Of a stretch of DNA of 64,000 nucleotides, positions 36,622 through 46,339 are shown piece after piece. The notes below the pieces were generated by a model. That model saw only the letters and a program-made list of their open reading frames with translations. It was not told where the DNA came from and searched no databases. The number at the start of each line of letters is the position of its first letter. Position 1 is the stretch's first letter. This stretch comes from an uncultured Spirochaetota bacterium. GTDB taxonomy: Bacteria > Spirochaetota > Spirochaetia > SZUA-6 > Fen-1364. The DNA is taken from contig CAWJSK010000003.1 of the NCBI GenBank assembly GCA_963845535.1, positions 64,001 to 128,000 of the forward strand, written 5' to 3'. Position numbers and translations under genes: made by a program.

Positions 36622-37830
36622 TCAGAAAAGCTCTTTGTCAGGGTCCGCCGTCTCATCCGCGTGCCGAGTGGCTGCGGGTTGCTCGGGGACACGAGCGCGA
36701 GTTGACGCGGCCGCCTTGGCCGGTTCAGCGGACGCCGCGGCATCCTTGCTCTCCGGGGGCGCTTGCTTGACATCCGTCAATGCCCCTGCAGCGTCTCTGG
36801 GGAAGAGTATTCCCCGGACTTTCTTCTCCAGCTCCGAGGCCACGGTGGGGTTTGATTCCAGGAAGAGGCGCGCATTGTCCACGCCCTGGCCGATCCTGTC
36901 CTTCCCGTACGAGTACCAGCTCCCCGCTTTCTCCACGAGGTTGTTCTGTATGGCGGCCTCCAGCAGGCTCCCAACAGCGGATATCCCCTTGCCGAACATG
37001 ATATCCATCTCAGCCTTGCGGAAAGGAGGGGCAATCTTGTTCTTTACGACCTTGACGCGCACCTTGTTTCCCACTACTTCGTCACTGCCGCGCGCAATGC
37101 TCTCAACTTTCCTCACTTCGAGCCGGATGGTGGAGTAGAACTTCAGAGCGAACCCGCCGGTCGTGGTCTCTGGGTTTCCGAACATGACGCCGATTTTCAT
37201 GCGGATCTGGTTGATGAAAATCAGGCAGGTCCTCGTCTTGGATATGGTGCCCGTGAGCTTTCGCAATGCCTGGCTCATGAGCCGGGCCTGAAGGCCCATG
37301 TGGGAATCCCCCATTTCCCCCTCGATCTCCGCTCTTGGGGTCAGGGCGGCCACCGAGTCAACGACGATGATGTCCATGGCGCCCGAGCGCACCAGGGATT
37401 CGACGATCTCCAGTGCCTGCTCCCCCGTGTCCGGCTGTGAGACCCACAGCTCGTCGACGTTCACGCCAAGGTTCTTTGCGTACACCGGGTCCAGGGCGTG
37501 CTCGGCATCCACGAAAGCCGCAATCCCGCCGAGCTTCTGCGACTCAGCTATGGCATGGAGCGCGAGGGTGGTCTTGCCGGAGGACTCTGGGCCGTAAATC
37601 TCTATGACTCTTCCCCGGGGGTACCCCCCCAGTCCCAGGGCGGCATCAAGGAGGATGGAGCCCGAGGGAATGATGTCAACGTCAGTGTGGCCGGCGTTCT
37701 CCCCCAGCTTCATGAGGGAGCCCTTGCCGAACTGCTTCTCGATCTGGAGGCGTGCCGCCTCGAGGGCGCGCACCTTTTCCTCCTGCACGGCGGATTTCTT
37801 CTCCGTGGCGGGGACTTCCTTTTTTGCCAT
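36622..37830 (-). CDS. recA: Recombinase RecA
   Basis: [29 protein letters not shown] and [18 protein letters not shown]. Confidence 0.98.
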   Translation of the reverse strand: MAKKEVPATEKKSAVQEEKVRALEAARLQIEKQFGKGSLMKLGENAGHTDVDIIPSGSILLDAALGLGGYPRGRVIEIYGPESSGKTTLALHAIAESQKLGGIAAFVDAEHALDPVYAKNLGVNVDELWVSQPDTGEQALEIVESLVRSGAMDIIVVDSVAALTPRAEIEGEMGDSHMGLQARLMSQALRKLTGTISKTRTCLIFINQIRMKIGVMFGNPETTTGGFALKFYSTIRLEVRKVESIARGSDEVVGNKVRVKVVKNKIAPPFRKAEMDIMFGKGISAVGSLLEAAIQNNLVEKAGSWYSYGKDRIGQGVDNARLFLESNPTVASELEKKVRGILFPRDAAGALTDVKQAPPESKDAAASAEPAKAAASTRARVPEQPAATRHADETADPDKELF

Positions 37831-37933
37831 GAGCTCTTTGCCTCCCTCCCTGGGCGCCGCGGCGCTCCCCAGGGCGCTTCCACATACTTTCTACGCGCAA
37901 AACGCCCTGCCGATTGCGTCGCGATTACCAGTA

Positions 37934-37964
37934 AGTATATTCACGGGGGGCGGAGGGCTGTCAA
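37934..37964 (-). promoter_or_regulatory. Putative recA promoter
   Basis: TTGACA (37964-37959), 19-nt spacer containing a C6 run, TATACT (37939-37934). Confidence 0.55.
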
Positions 37965-38028
37965 TCCAAAGGCCGCACCGCGCGAAGCGCGGTCTCCGGT
38001 AGGTATTTCCGACGGGGCCAGACGCGCC

Positions 38029-38766
38029 ATGCCCTTTGGAAGCGTGCCGAATGCCGATAAGTCAAGTAGGGGTCGGAACATAACCAGGAAAGCAGCGATA
38101 CTTCTCCTTCTCTTCAGCCTCGTCGGCGTGTGCGCGGCATCAGCCAGTGCCACGGATTGGGGCGCATTCGTTGCGGCGAGCAACCGCAACGACGACGGCC
38201 TGATCCTTGACCTGCTGAAAGACGCTGACTTCGCGACGAGCGCTGGGACGTTGGAGGCTCTCGGATCGCGAAAAGATCCGTACGCTGAGGACATCCTCTC
38301 CTGGCTGCTTTCGCGATTTTCGAAAACCTCGGAGTACAAGACGGAAGCTCTCATTCGCCTGGCCATGAAGGCGATTTTCGACGAGGCGCCGGACGCCCAT
38401 GCCCTGCAGGAGAGGCTTGCCGCGAATGCGGATTTCATCGATCAGCTCGTCAGGAACATCGCGCGTTTCAAGGATCCGCAGCTCAGGGGAAGTATTGTCC
38501 GTCTCCTGCCGCGGCGGCAGGGGCCTGAACGGCTCGCCGCCTTGATGGAGGTCGGTGCCGGAGTCATTGAGGCGCTCAATCAGGCTGACGGAAAGCTTAC
38601 AGATCCGGACATGGGCCTTGCCTACGATTATCTCGGCGTTGTGCGGCAGATCGGCAATTCCGATTTCATGGAGCCATGTCTGGAAATTGCCCGTCTCTCA
38701 CGGGACAGCGGCCTGACGCAGAAGGCGAGGCAGGTCGCGCGGGACGTGGGCGGGCGCCCGCGGTAA
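38029..38766 (+). CDS. Secreted alpha-helical (HEAT-like) hypothetical protein
   Basis: Signal peptide TRKAAILLLLFSLVGVCAASASA. Start uncertain (ATG 38029 or ATA 38080). Confidence 0.7.
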   Translation: MPFGSVPNADKSSRGRNITRKAAILLLLFSLVGVCAASASATDWGAFVAASNRNDDGLILDLLKDADFATSAGTLEALGSRKDPYAEDILSWLLSRFSKTSEYKTEALIRLAMKAIFDEAPDAHALQERLAANADFIDQLVRNIARFKDPQLRGSIVRLLPRRQGPERLAALMEVGAGVIEALNQADGKLTDPDMGLAYDYLGVVRQIGNSDFMEPCLEIARLSRDSGLTQKARQVARDVGGRPR

Positions 38767-38815
38767 CGGGCCTGCTCTCGTGGACTCCCTGCGCCTTTTC
38801 TGGTAGAGTCTCGGC

Positions 38816-39901
38816 ATGCGCGGACGGCTCCTGGTCTTCTCCACCCGGGCCCTCGCGGGGTACGCCCGCAAGGTGACCCGCGCCCTGCGCGCATATCCTC
38901 AATTCAAGGACAGGTCAGAGGCGGAGATCCACGGAGAGCTTGCCATCTCCAGGTTTGCTGACGGAGAGATGGAAGCTGAGATCGGCACCTCGGTTCGTGG
39001 CTGCGACGTGTTTCTCTTTGTGGGAGCCGTCCGCAATGAGCTGGGCATCTCTTCCGAAGAGAACAAGATCGAGACCTACCACGCCGTGGACGCGCTCCGA
39101 AGGGCGCAGGCGGGAAGGATCACGGTCTTCGAGCCGTATTGCAGCCCCGGCAGGTCAGACAGGCTGACACGGAGGAACTCCGTGGGCCTGTGGCTGCACT
39201 TCAAGGTCCTTCTCAGCCTCGGGATCAACCATTACATCACGTTCCAGCTCCACTCGGAAAAGTCCAAGACGTTCATCGACCCGGCAATCTGCGACGTTGA
39301 CGACATCCCCGGCAGTCCGCTCCTGGAGAGATACATCTGCGACAACGTGATCAAGACAACCGAGCGCCTTCACACAACGGTGCGCGACGATTGGCTTTTC
39401 TGCTCCGTGGACGCCGGCGGGGAGGCCTTGTCCAAGAGGTTCGCCGCCTCCTTCGGGACAGGCATCGTCATCTCCCACAAGCAGAGAAACTACTCTTCCG
39501 CCAACTCCGTGGAATCCATAACAATCCTCACCGCGGAGCCCATCGAGGGAAAGACGATCTGGATCATTGACGACATGATCGACACGGGTGACTCCATGTG
39601 CAAGCTCGTGCGGGAGCTGGCTCCCATGAAGCCGGGATCCATCAACATCGCCATCGTGCATCCGGTTTTTTCGACGCCGGCCACCCAGCGCCTCAAGGAG
39701 CTGTGTGACCAGAAGCTCGTCAGCTCCATCCTCGTGACGGACACCATCCCCTGTACCCAGGAGATCCGTGACAGCCTCCCCTGCCTCCAGGTCATTCCGT
39801 CGACTTCGCTCGCGGCAGAGATCGTTTTCCGTCTCAGCAACGAGCTTCCGCTCTCCCCGCTCCTGGCGCAGTTCAACGCCGAAGACTACCTGAAGAAATA
39901 G
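38816..39901 (+). CDS. prs: Ribose-phosphate pyrophosphokinase
   Basis: RFADGE, SVRGCDVF, SVDAGG and PRPP loop IIDDMIDTGDS. Confidence 0.9.
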   Translation: MRGRLLVFSTRALAGYARKVTRALRAYPQFKDRSEAEIHGELAISRFADGEMEAEIGTSVRGCDVFLFVGAVRNELGISSEENKIETYHAVDALRRAQAGRITVFEPYCSPGRSDRLTRRNSVGLWLHFKVLLSLGINHYITFQLHSEKSKTFIDPAICDVDDIPGSPLLERYICDNVIKTTERLHTTVRDDWLFCSVDAGGEALSKRFAASFGTGIVISHKQRNYSSANSVESITILTAEPIEGKTIWIIDDMIDTGDSMCKLVRELAPMKPGSINIAIVHPVFSTPATQRLKELCDQKLVSSILVTDTIPCTQEIRDSLPCLQVIPSTSLAAEIVFRLSNELPLSPLLAQFNAEDYLKK

Positions 39902-40695
39902 CGGCCGCCTTTTTCCCCAAGGAACCCTTCCGACACGAGCTGGCTGAGGGCCTCGTCGAGACGGGAGTCCGCTTTGCCGAGCGCCCGTTCTATTTGCTTC
40001 CCGTTCGCGGTCGAAAGCGCGAGCATGACGTCGAGCACGCGGCCCCGAAGCTGCCTCAGGGATCCTTCGAACGGGGACTGTCGGGTGTAGACGGCGCTTC
40101 TGCGGTTGGGGTTTTCCACGGCTGCGCGCATCCATGCTCCGTAATCCATCAGCGCGTAGTACCACTCCCGGGGATTTTTCCTGTCCAGCGTCTTTTCCAC
40201 AAGGGGAAGGATCCTGGAGTCGGGCACGCTGCTGGCCTTCGGAAAGAAGGCGTGGATGAAGACGCGCCGGATGTTCGTCTCGATGAAGGCAATGGGGACG
40301 TTGAAGGAGAAAACAAGGACAGACGATGCGGTGGCGCGGCCGAGGCCGGGGAGAGCGGCAAGCTTTTCCACGGTCCGTGGAATCCTGCCGCCGTGCTTTT
40401 CCGAAACGATGCGCGCCGCGTTCCGCAACGCCAGGGCGCGCCTGTTGTAGCCCAGCCCTTTCCAGACCGTCAACACCTCTTCGACGCTGGATCGGGCCAG
40501 CGCGCGAATGCTCGGAAATGCGCGCAGGAACTCGCCGTATTTCGGGAGAACGCGTCCTACGCTCGTCTGTTGAAGCATGACTTCCGATACGAGGATCTTG
40601 TACGGGACCTTCGTGCGGCGCCACGGCATGGGCCGGGCGTGCGTCCGGTAGTGTTTCCAGATCAGCGCCCTGAAGCTTCGAACACTGGGGATCAG
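39886..40695 (-). CDS. mutY: A/G-specific adenine glycosylase (short MutY, HhH-GPD)
   Basis: [23 protein letters not shown] and LPGLG HhH. The frame extends 22 codons upstream of the track start to a CTG at 40695 overlapping the dtd stop. Confidence 0.85.
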   Translation of the reverse strand: MIPSVRSFRALIWKHYRTHARPMPWRRTKVPYKILVSEVMLQQTSVGRVLPKYGEFLRAFPSIRALARSSVEEVLTVWKGLGYNRRALALRNAARIVSEKHGGRIPRTVEKLAALPGLGRATASSVLVFSFNVPIAFIETNIRRVFIHAFFPKASSVPDSRILPLVEKTLDRKNPREWYYALMDYGAWMRAAVENPNRRSAVYTRQSPFEGSLRQLRGRVLDVMLALSTANGKQIERALGKADSRLDEALSQLVSEGFLGEKGGRYFFR

Positions 40696-41141
40696 AACTT
40701 TTTCTCCGAGTCAAGGAGAATCGTTATGGGGCCGAGGTTCGTATAGCTGACTTCCATCGAGGCTTGAAACTCTCCCGTGGCCACGCGGAACCCCATCATG
40801 CGCAGGACCTCCACGGCCTTTTCGTACAGGGCCCTTGCAAGGTCAGGCGGCGCGGCCTCGGTGTAGGATGGGCGTCGGCCCTCACGGGCATCACCGAAAA
40901 GCGTGAACTGGGATACCACCAGAATCTCACCGCGCACGTCGGTGACGGAAAGGTTCATCTTCCCGTTCTCGTCGGGAAAAATCCTAAGGTTTGCGACTTT
41001 TTCGCAGAGGATGCGCAGATCCCTGTCCGTGTCGTTCCTGCCGATCCCGAGGTATACGAGAAGCCCTGCGTTGATCCTGCCGACCTCGCGAGCGCCTACG
41101 GTGACTGCCGCGTCCTTGACCCGCTGAACGACCGCCCGCAT
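40692..41141 (-). CDS. dtd: D-aminoacyl-tRNA deacylase
   Basis: [25 protein letters not shown] and NLGPITI. Confidence 0.96.
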   Translation of the reverse strand: MRAVVQRVKDAAVTVGAREVGRINAGLLVYLGIGRNDTDRDLRILCEKVANLRIFPDENGKMNLSVTDVRGEILVVSQFTLFGDAREGRRPSYTEAAPPDLARALYEKAVEVLRMMGFRVATGEFQASMEVSYTNLGPITILLDSEKKF

Positions 41142-41143
41142 TT

Positions 41144-42217
41144 CTAGTTTCCGGCGAGCTTGTGGAGGGAGATGGCGCTGAGGCCGAGCTTCCCCGCCTG
41201 GTATGAGATCTGTCCCAGCACCTCGAGGCCGCCGCCGTTCGCCAATTCCGCCGCAAACCCGAGAGTGACGGGGACAATTCCCTGAAGCACCTTTTCCTTT
41301 TCATATCCCACGAGCAGGTCGAACGTGATGGCGCTCTTTCCGATCTTGAGATTGGCGATCTTCCCGCGCCAGCTCACCGAGCATCCGTCGTACAACGCGG
41401 GCTCCGCGGCAACCGTCGTGTAGGGGAAGGAGTCCTTCAGGGTGAGGAAGTCCGGCTGCGTCACGAAGCCCTTGAGCATCCGCGCCCTTTCCTTGACGGG
41501 GACCGCGGCGTTGGAGAGAAGGATCCTGTTGATTTCCACGGTGGCCATGTTGTCGCGGTATGCAAGGAGGTAGCTTTTTGCCTTCTTGAAAGCGTTGCGG
41601 ACGTCGTTTTCCGTCAGCATGTACGTGAAGTCGGAGCCGGTGTCGGTAAGCCGGGGAAGGTCGGCGGGAATGTCTATTCCGGAGACCCCCGGGCGTTCCG
41701 CCGTCTTTTGCGGGAAGAACTTCACGCCGAGATAGGCGGCGCCGCAGAGCGCAAGCGCCCCAAGGATGATGATTGCAATGATCCCTCCCCGCCCCCGCGC
41801 GGGGAGAGGCGGATACAGGGTGCGGGCTTTGCCTGAGTCGATGAGCTCCTGAAGCTTCTCCTGGGTAAGTCCCTTGCGCAGCAGATCCATCCCGCGGCGC
41901 GCCACCTTGTTTCCCGGGTCCAGTTCCAGGACTTCCAGCCACCGCTTGATTGCGTCATCCGTCTCGTGCCTGCGGAAGTGGATGGCCGCGAGCCCAAGGA
42001 GAGCGCTGACGGCGTCAGGAGAAAGCTGGCGGGCCCTGCTCAGGTAGGAGAAGGCGCCGCCCAGGTCCCCGGTGTGAAGGCACGAAGAGCCCAGGAGCAC
42101 GAAGTAGTCGAAGTTTTCCCGGTAGCGAAACACTTCCGGCTCGAGGATTCGGATGACGTCGGGGAACTTTCTCGCCCGAAAGAGTCCGCGCGCCTCGCCG
42201 AGGCCCTTCCCTTTCAT
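41144..42217 (-). CDS. TPR-containing membrane protein
   Basis: N-terminal TPRs, a central TM and a C-terminal beta domain. Confidence 0.8.
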   Translation of the reverse strand: MKGKGLGEARGLFRARKFPDVIRILEPEVFRYRENFDYFVLLGSSCLHTGDLGGAFSYLSRARQLSPDAVSALLGLAAIHFRRHETDDAIKRWLEVLELDPGNKVARRGMDLLRKGLTQEKLQELIDSGKARTLYPPLPARGRGGIIAIIILGALALCGAAYLGVKFFPQKTAERPGVSGIDIPADLPRLTDTGSDFTYMLTENDVRNAFKKAKSYLLAYRDNMATVEINRILLSNAAVPVKERARMLKGFVTQPDFLTLKDSFPYTTVAAEPALYDGCSVSWRGKIANLKIGKSAITFDLLVGYEKEKVLQGIVPVTLGFAAELANGGGLEVLGQISYQAGKLGLSAISLHKLAGN

Positions 42218-43290
42218 TTGCCGTAGGTCGAAACGCGAGCCTTCAGGTCGCTGATTGCCGACTCCATCAGCGAGAGGTCGCCCTCACCGATATCGGCCCC
42301 GGGAGCCAGCGCGGCGTCCACCCGGGACAGGATCTCATCCACCGTGCTGAGGTCCGCATGGAGCCCCACGGGGGAACCAGGAGCTGATTTGCCGGCGGCC
42401 AGTGACTGCTGGACCGCTCCCGCAAAATCGGCTGAGGCGGCGAGCGTTGTTGCGGGAAGCCCGTCAGGGTTGTACTTGCCGAGAACGATCGTGACGGTGA
42501 ACTGGGTGCCCTGCGCCAAGGGTCGCGGGCCGTAGTACTGGGCCACGGCCGAATCGTTTTTCGAGTACGGGAGGACGCTGAAATCCCTTGCCTCCGACGT
42601 GGAGTAACCCCATGCCGCGTCACTCAGCCTCTTCCAGTTCGCGAACACGATCTTGTCAGGCTGCGTGACGCCGTCTTCCGTCACCATGCACTGCAAGCCC
42701 AGTTGCTCGGGATCCCCTGTTTTCGGGGAAACCCAGTAGCGGGGAAGGCTGCGCCCGGAAAACGTTGCCTCTCGCTTGATGGAGGCAAGGGTATCAGTGG
42801 AGAACGGAACAGCCCCACTTTCCCCGAGCCAGGTATCGAAGAGATACCGGATTCCCGCGGAATAGTCCTGGCGGGAAGTGTTTTTCAGCGTGATGTCGAT
42901 GCGGATTCCGTCAGCGCCCGAGGCGCCGGTAGAGGTGACGAAGGAGAAGCTTTCCGTCACGGCAAGGAAGTCGGACTTCCAAACGAACCTGCCGCCGGCC
43001 TGGGTTTTCTCAACCGCCGTGGAGAACCCCGCGGAGTCTCCCATCCTGAAAATCGTGGAGTTCAGCACAACGCTCAAGCTGGTAGTCCTTGGGTCTTGGG
43101 GAGAAAGAAGGGGAACGTAGGTTCCTTCCGCGGTGAGACAGGAAAGGCTGAACCTGCCGGTGTCCTCAGCAAGCGTGAGCTTGACCTTGCCCTGGTCCAA
43201 CTCGAGCGCCGCAAGAGGCACGGCGGCCGCCAGGAGCGTGATCCCAGCAAGGCAGAGCAGGGCCGCACGAGAGCCCGGCCAGGCTCTCAC
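42214..43290 (-). CDS. Secreted hypothetical protein
   Basis: Signal peptide, IRYLFDTWLGE and FANWKRL; start/stop overlaps with both neighbours. Confidence 0.8.
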   Translation of the reverse strand: MRAWPGSRAALLCLAGITLLAAAVPLAALELDQGKVKLTLAEDTGRFSLSCLTAEGTYVPLLSPQDPRTTSLSVVLNSTIFRMGDSAGFSTAVEKTQAGGRFVWKSDFLAVTESFSFVTSTGASGADGIRIDITLKNTSRQDYSAGIRYLFDTWLGESGAVPFSTDTLASIKREATFSGRSLPRYWVSPKTGDPEQLGLQCMVTEDGVTQPDKIVFANWKRLSDAAWGYSTSEARDFSVLPYSKNDSAVAQYYGPRPLAQGTQFTVTIVLGKYNPDGLPATTLAASADFAGAVQQSLAAGKSAPGSPVGLHADLSTVDEILSRVDAALAPGADIGEGDLSLMESAISDLKARVSTYGK

Positions 43291-44294
43291 TTGCCGGCCT
43301 CCGCCGACTCCCGGGCTTTGAGGTATTTCTCTTTCAGCGCCAGGGCTTCCTCCTTGATGGCGAGGAGGCGCTCACGGCGCTCGATGTCCGCCAGCCTGTC
43401 CGCGGACGCCGCCGGGGCCTGCGTGCCTTGCGGGCCCGCCTGGCCGGGCTGAGTTGGCGCGGGGGCAGTGCCCGTGGCGCCGGCAGCGGCCGGCACCCCC
43501 AACTGCGCGAGCTTTGCGGAGAGGTCCTGGGCCTCCGCCGTTTTCTGCGCAAGCTCGGCGCGAAGATCTGCGATGGTCTTCTGGTCCTGGTCAGCTCCGC
43601 CGCCGGCCAGCTTCTTCTGGTAGATCAGGATGGCTTGTTCGTACGTCTTTTCCCGGCGCTGGAACTCCTCCAGGCTCCGCAGGAAATCCTCATGGCTCCA
43701 CTTCAGCAGGCGCGCAAGCTCGATTTCTTTCTTCTGCAGCTCGATCAAGGAAATTTTGTACTGAGCCGCTTCGACCTTTACGCTCGTGGGGAAGTCGGTG
43801 AGGATCTTCTGGTAGACCTTCTGGGCGTCGTCCACGTGCCCGAGGTTGTACAGGCTCTCCGCCACCCAGAACCAGCCGTTGGAAGCAAGGGGGGACGCCG
43901 GATAGGTGGTAATGAACTGCTGCATGACCTGGATGGACTGCTCGTACTGCTCCTGGAGGAACAGCAGCCTCCCCTTCTGGTACAGCGCTTCCGGATAATC
44001 GGCGGCGCCGGTGAAGTTGGCGAGGTAGAGCTCGATGCTCTTGTCAGCGTCATCCAGCTTGCCCAACGCCATGTACGATTTTGCGATCAGGAGGTATGCA
44101 TCAGGTTTCTGCGCCGCGGCGGCCGGGTCAGTTATCACCGCCTCGAGGAGCGGGATTGCCTTTTCATACTGACCGTCGCGGAAAAGCTGGATTGCGTCAG
44201 TCAAGCCTTCAGATGACTGCGCAGAGACGGCAAGCGCGCACAACCCGAAGGTCGCGACGAGGAGGAAAAGCACAGCCTTTTTCCGATGAGTCAT
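43287..44294 (-). CDS. Periplasmic TPR protein (CpoB/BamD-like) with coiled coil
   Basis: Signal peptide, TPRs (YPASPLASNGWFWVAESLY) and a C-terminal coiled coil. Confidence 0.8.
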   Translation of the reverse strand: MTHRKKAVLFLLVATFGLCALAVSAQSSEGLTDAIQLFRDGQYEKAIPLLEAVITDPAAAAQKPDAYLLIAKSYMALGKLDDADKSIELYLANFTGAADYPEALYQKGRLLFLQEQYEQSIQVMQQFITTYPASPLASNGWFWVAESLYNLGHVDDAQKVYQKILTDFPTSVKVEAAQYKISLIELQKKEIELARLLKWSHEDFLRSLEEFQRREKTYEQAILIYQKKLAGGGADQDQKTIADLRAELAQKTAEAQDLSAKLAQLGVPAAAGATGTAPAPTQPGQAGPQGTQAPAASADRLADIERRERLLAIKEEALALKEKYLKARESAEAGK

Positions 44295-44373
44295 GCGCTT
44301 TTTATACCTCCCTAGACTTTCGACTTGGTTCGCGCGAAACTGAAACGAAAGTCGTTGCGCCCCTGCGTGGATT

Positions 44374-45078
44374 CTACCATTTGCCTCTCAGGAACGCTAC
44401 TTCCTCCGCTGGATCAGGGGCCGCAAAGATCGCCGAGCCGGCCACAATCACGTCAGCGCCCGCGTTCAGCGCGGACGTGATTGTGCTTCTGTTGATCCCG
44501 CCGTCCACCTCTATGAGGAAACGGTGCCCTCCCTCCCGCCGCATCCTGTCCAGAGCCTCCACTTTGCGAAGGCACTGGGGTATCAATTCCTGGCCGCCGA
44601 AGCCGGGGTTGACCGTCATGACGAGCACGAGGTCCACAAAGGGAAGCACCTCGATGATGGCGTCAGCCGGAGTGGAGGGGACAATGGCCACGCCGGGCCG
44701 GCTCCCCTTTTGCCGGATGGCGGTGAGTATCCTGTGCATGTGGATGGCCGCCTCCCAGTGGACGGTGAGGTAATTTGTGCCCGCCTCACAGAAAGCGTCG
44801 ATGGCCTTTTCCGGCTGGCAGATCATCAGGTGCGTGTCGAAGGGAAGCGCGGAGACGGGGCGCAGGTCGGTGACGGCTTTCTGGCCGAACGTGATCTGCG
44901 GGACGAAGCACCCGTCCATGACGTCAAGGTGGACGAAGTCACCCCCGATTTTCTCCACGAGCCGCACTGCATCCGCCAGGGACCCGAAGTCCGCGGAAAG
45001 GACTGAGGGGGCGATGTAGACTTTCCGCGCGCTGTCCGCCGCTGTCCCGCGTGCCGCGGTCCGAGGTTCATCTCGCAT
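44374..45078 (-). CDS. rpe: Ribulose-phosphate 3-epimerase
   Basis: IAPSVLSADF, HLDVMDG, MTVNPGFGGQ and EVDGG. Start moved to ATG 45078. Confidence 0.96.
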   Translation of the reverse strand: MRDEPRTAARGTAADSARKVYIAPSVLSADFGSLADAVRLVEKIGGDFVHLDVMDGCFVPQITFGQKAVTDLRPVSALPFDTHLMICQPEKAIDAFCEAGTNYLTVHWEAAIHMHRILTAIRQKGSRPGVAIVPSTPADAIIEVLPFVDLVLVMTVNPGFGGQELIPQCLRKVEALDRMRREGGHRFLIEVDGGINRSTITSALNAGADVIVAGSAIFAAPDPAEEVAFLRGKW

Positions 45079-45188
45079 ACTGCCTTTTATTGTAGCAAAA
45101 CGGTCCTCGTTTGCATACGTCACGCCGCCGGTCCGTCCTGCCGGCAGGCGTGCGGCGCGGCGTCAGGCAGGCGTCGGGCGGCCCCTCA

Positions 45189-45217
45189 TTGACGAAAAAT
45201 AGAGGGAATGCCATACT
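45189..45217 (+). promoter_or_regulatory. Putative sigma70 promoter of the TPR-greA-vWA operon
   Basis: TTGACG-N17-CATACT with an extended -10 TG. Confidence 0.6.
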
Positions 45218-45377
45218 CGTGATGGGGTGTGATAGATAGTAATTGCCCTATCCGGCGTTGTTTACGCCATTTCATGACGCGGGTTTCCCGTCGCGCGTGA
45301 GCGCGCCGCGCGGGCACCGAGGGCTCACGGAAGGCGTGGTCGCCAGACCCCGCTTCGAATGGACAGAGAGGCGGCTC

Positions 45378-46307
45378 ATTTCGGATAACACGATCAATCA
45401 GATTCTCAACACCGCCTGCCAGAATCTGAGAGAGGGAGCGTTTTCTGAGGCTGTTGACGCGCTGGAGAAGGTGCTGGAAATGGATGTCGAATACCCTGGC
45501 GCCGCCTCTGTGCTGAAATGCGCTTCCTTCTGGAGCGAGCGCCTGGAGAGAGAGCTCGTGCCTCGGGACGGCTACGAGCGGGGGGAGACGCTGCTCGCCA
45601 CCTGGCGTCTCTTCCAGGCTTTTTCCCAGAGGCTTGCGGACGTGCCGGAGAGGTTCCTCTTCGCCATCAAGCAGCACGTCTTCTCCTCCGCTCTGGCAAG
45701 CTATCTCAGCGCGTCCCCGGATCAGGAGCCCGCCGACCCTGACGTGCTCCTGCAGGTAGGCAAATGCTGCAAGGGCATCGGCAACTATGAGAAGGCCATC
45801 GAGCACCTGGAAAGGGCCAATCTGGAGAGGAAGGAAGACGCGCGGATCCTGGTGGAGCTGGCGGACTGCTATTCGCTGGTGAATGAGGCCCGGGCAGCCA
45901 AGGTCTTCTTTCGCGAGGCCTTCTTCATAGATCCGCAGGCCGTCGAGCTGGCGGGGCTGGAATCCCCTCTCATTGTCAGGCTGTGCGCCAGGCTTGAGGC
46001 AATGGGGTACTCGGGGCCGACGCTCAACGAATGGATCCCCGTGTGGGGGGTCATCTGGGGCGTTTTCAACGTGCGCAGGGAGATGAAGCCGCTGGAGTTC
46101 GGCAAGCTCAAGCAGGCCATCTACCAGCTTGAAAAAGAACAGGGCGGCGGTGTCGGGCGCGAGCTGTCCGTTCCCCGCCTCATCAACCGCTACTTCTGGC
46201 TGGTGGACCACTACCTTTCCGCCGGGGAGCAGCGGGAGCGCATCGACGAAGTGCTGGAAAAGATCCGCGTTCTGGATGCCCGGGTGCACAGGGAATATAC
46301 GACATAG
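45378..46307 (+). CDS. TPR-containing protein upstream of greA
   Basis: TPR units (VLLQVGKCCKGIGNYEKAIEHL). Start uncertain: the track uses TTG 45243, but AGAGAGG lies 6 nt before ATT 45378. Confidence 0.75.
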   Translation: MSDNTINQILNTACQNLREGAFSEAVDALEKVLEMDVEYPGAASVLKCASFWSERLERELVPRDGYERGETLLATWRLFQAFSQRLADVPERFLFAIKQHVFSSALASYLSASPDQEPADPDVLLQVGKCCKGIGNYEKAIEHLERANLERKEDARILVELADCYSLVNEARAAKVFFREAFFIDPQAVELAGLESPLIVRLCARLEAMGYSGPTLNEWIPVWGVIWGVFNVRREMKPLEFGKLKQAIYQLEKEQGGGVGRELSVPRLINRYFWLVDHYLSAGEQRERIDEVLEKIRVLDARVHREYTT

Positions 46308-46339
46308 GAAGAATGATTCTGAGCATAGAGGAGTGAAGA

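Noticed and set aside
37498..38028. N-terminal extensions in the ORF track (also 7428, 13695, 15341, 16744, 18766, 30164, 35464, 36215, 48878, 58292)
   Set aside because: They overlap neighbouring genes or promoters and precede the recognisable N-terminus or RBS; downstream starts were chosen.
45125..45186. GC-rich palindromes between rpe and the greA operon (CCTGCCGGCAGG)
   Set aside because: Short and expected by chance at this GC content; no second copy noticed.
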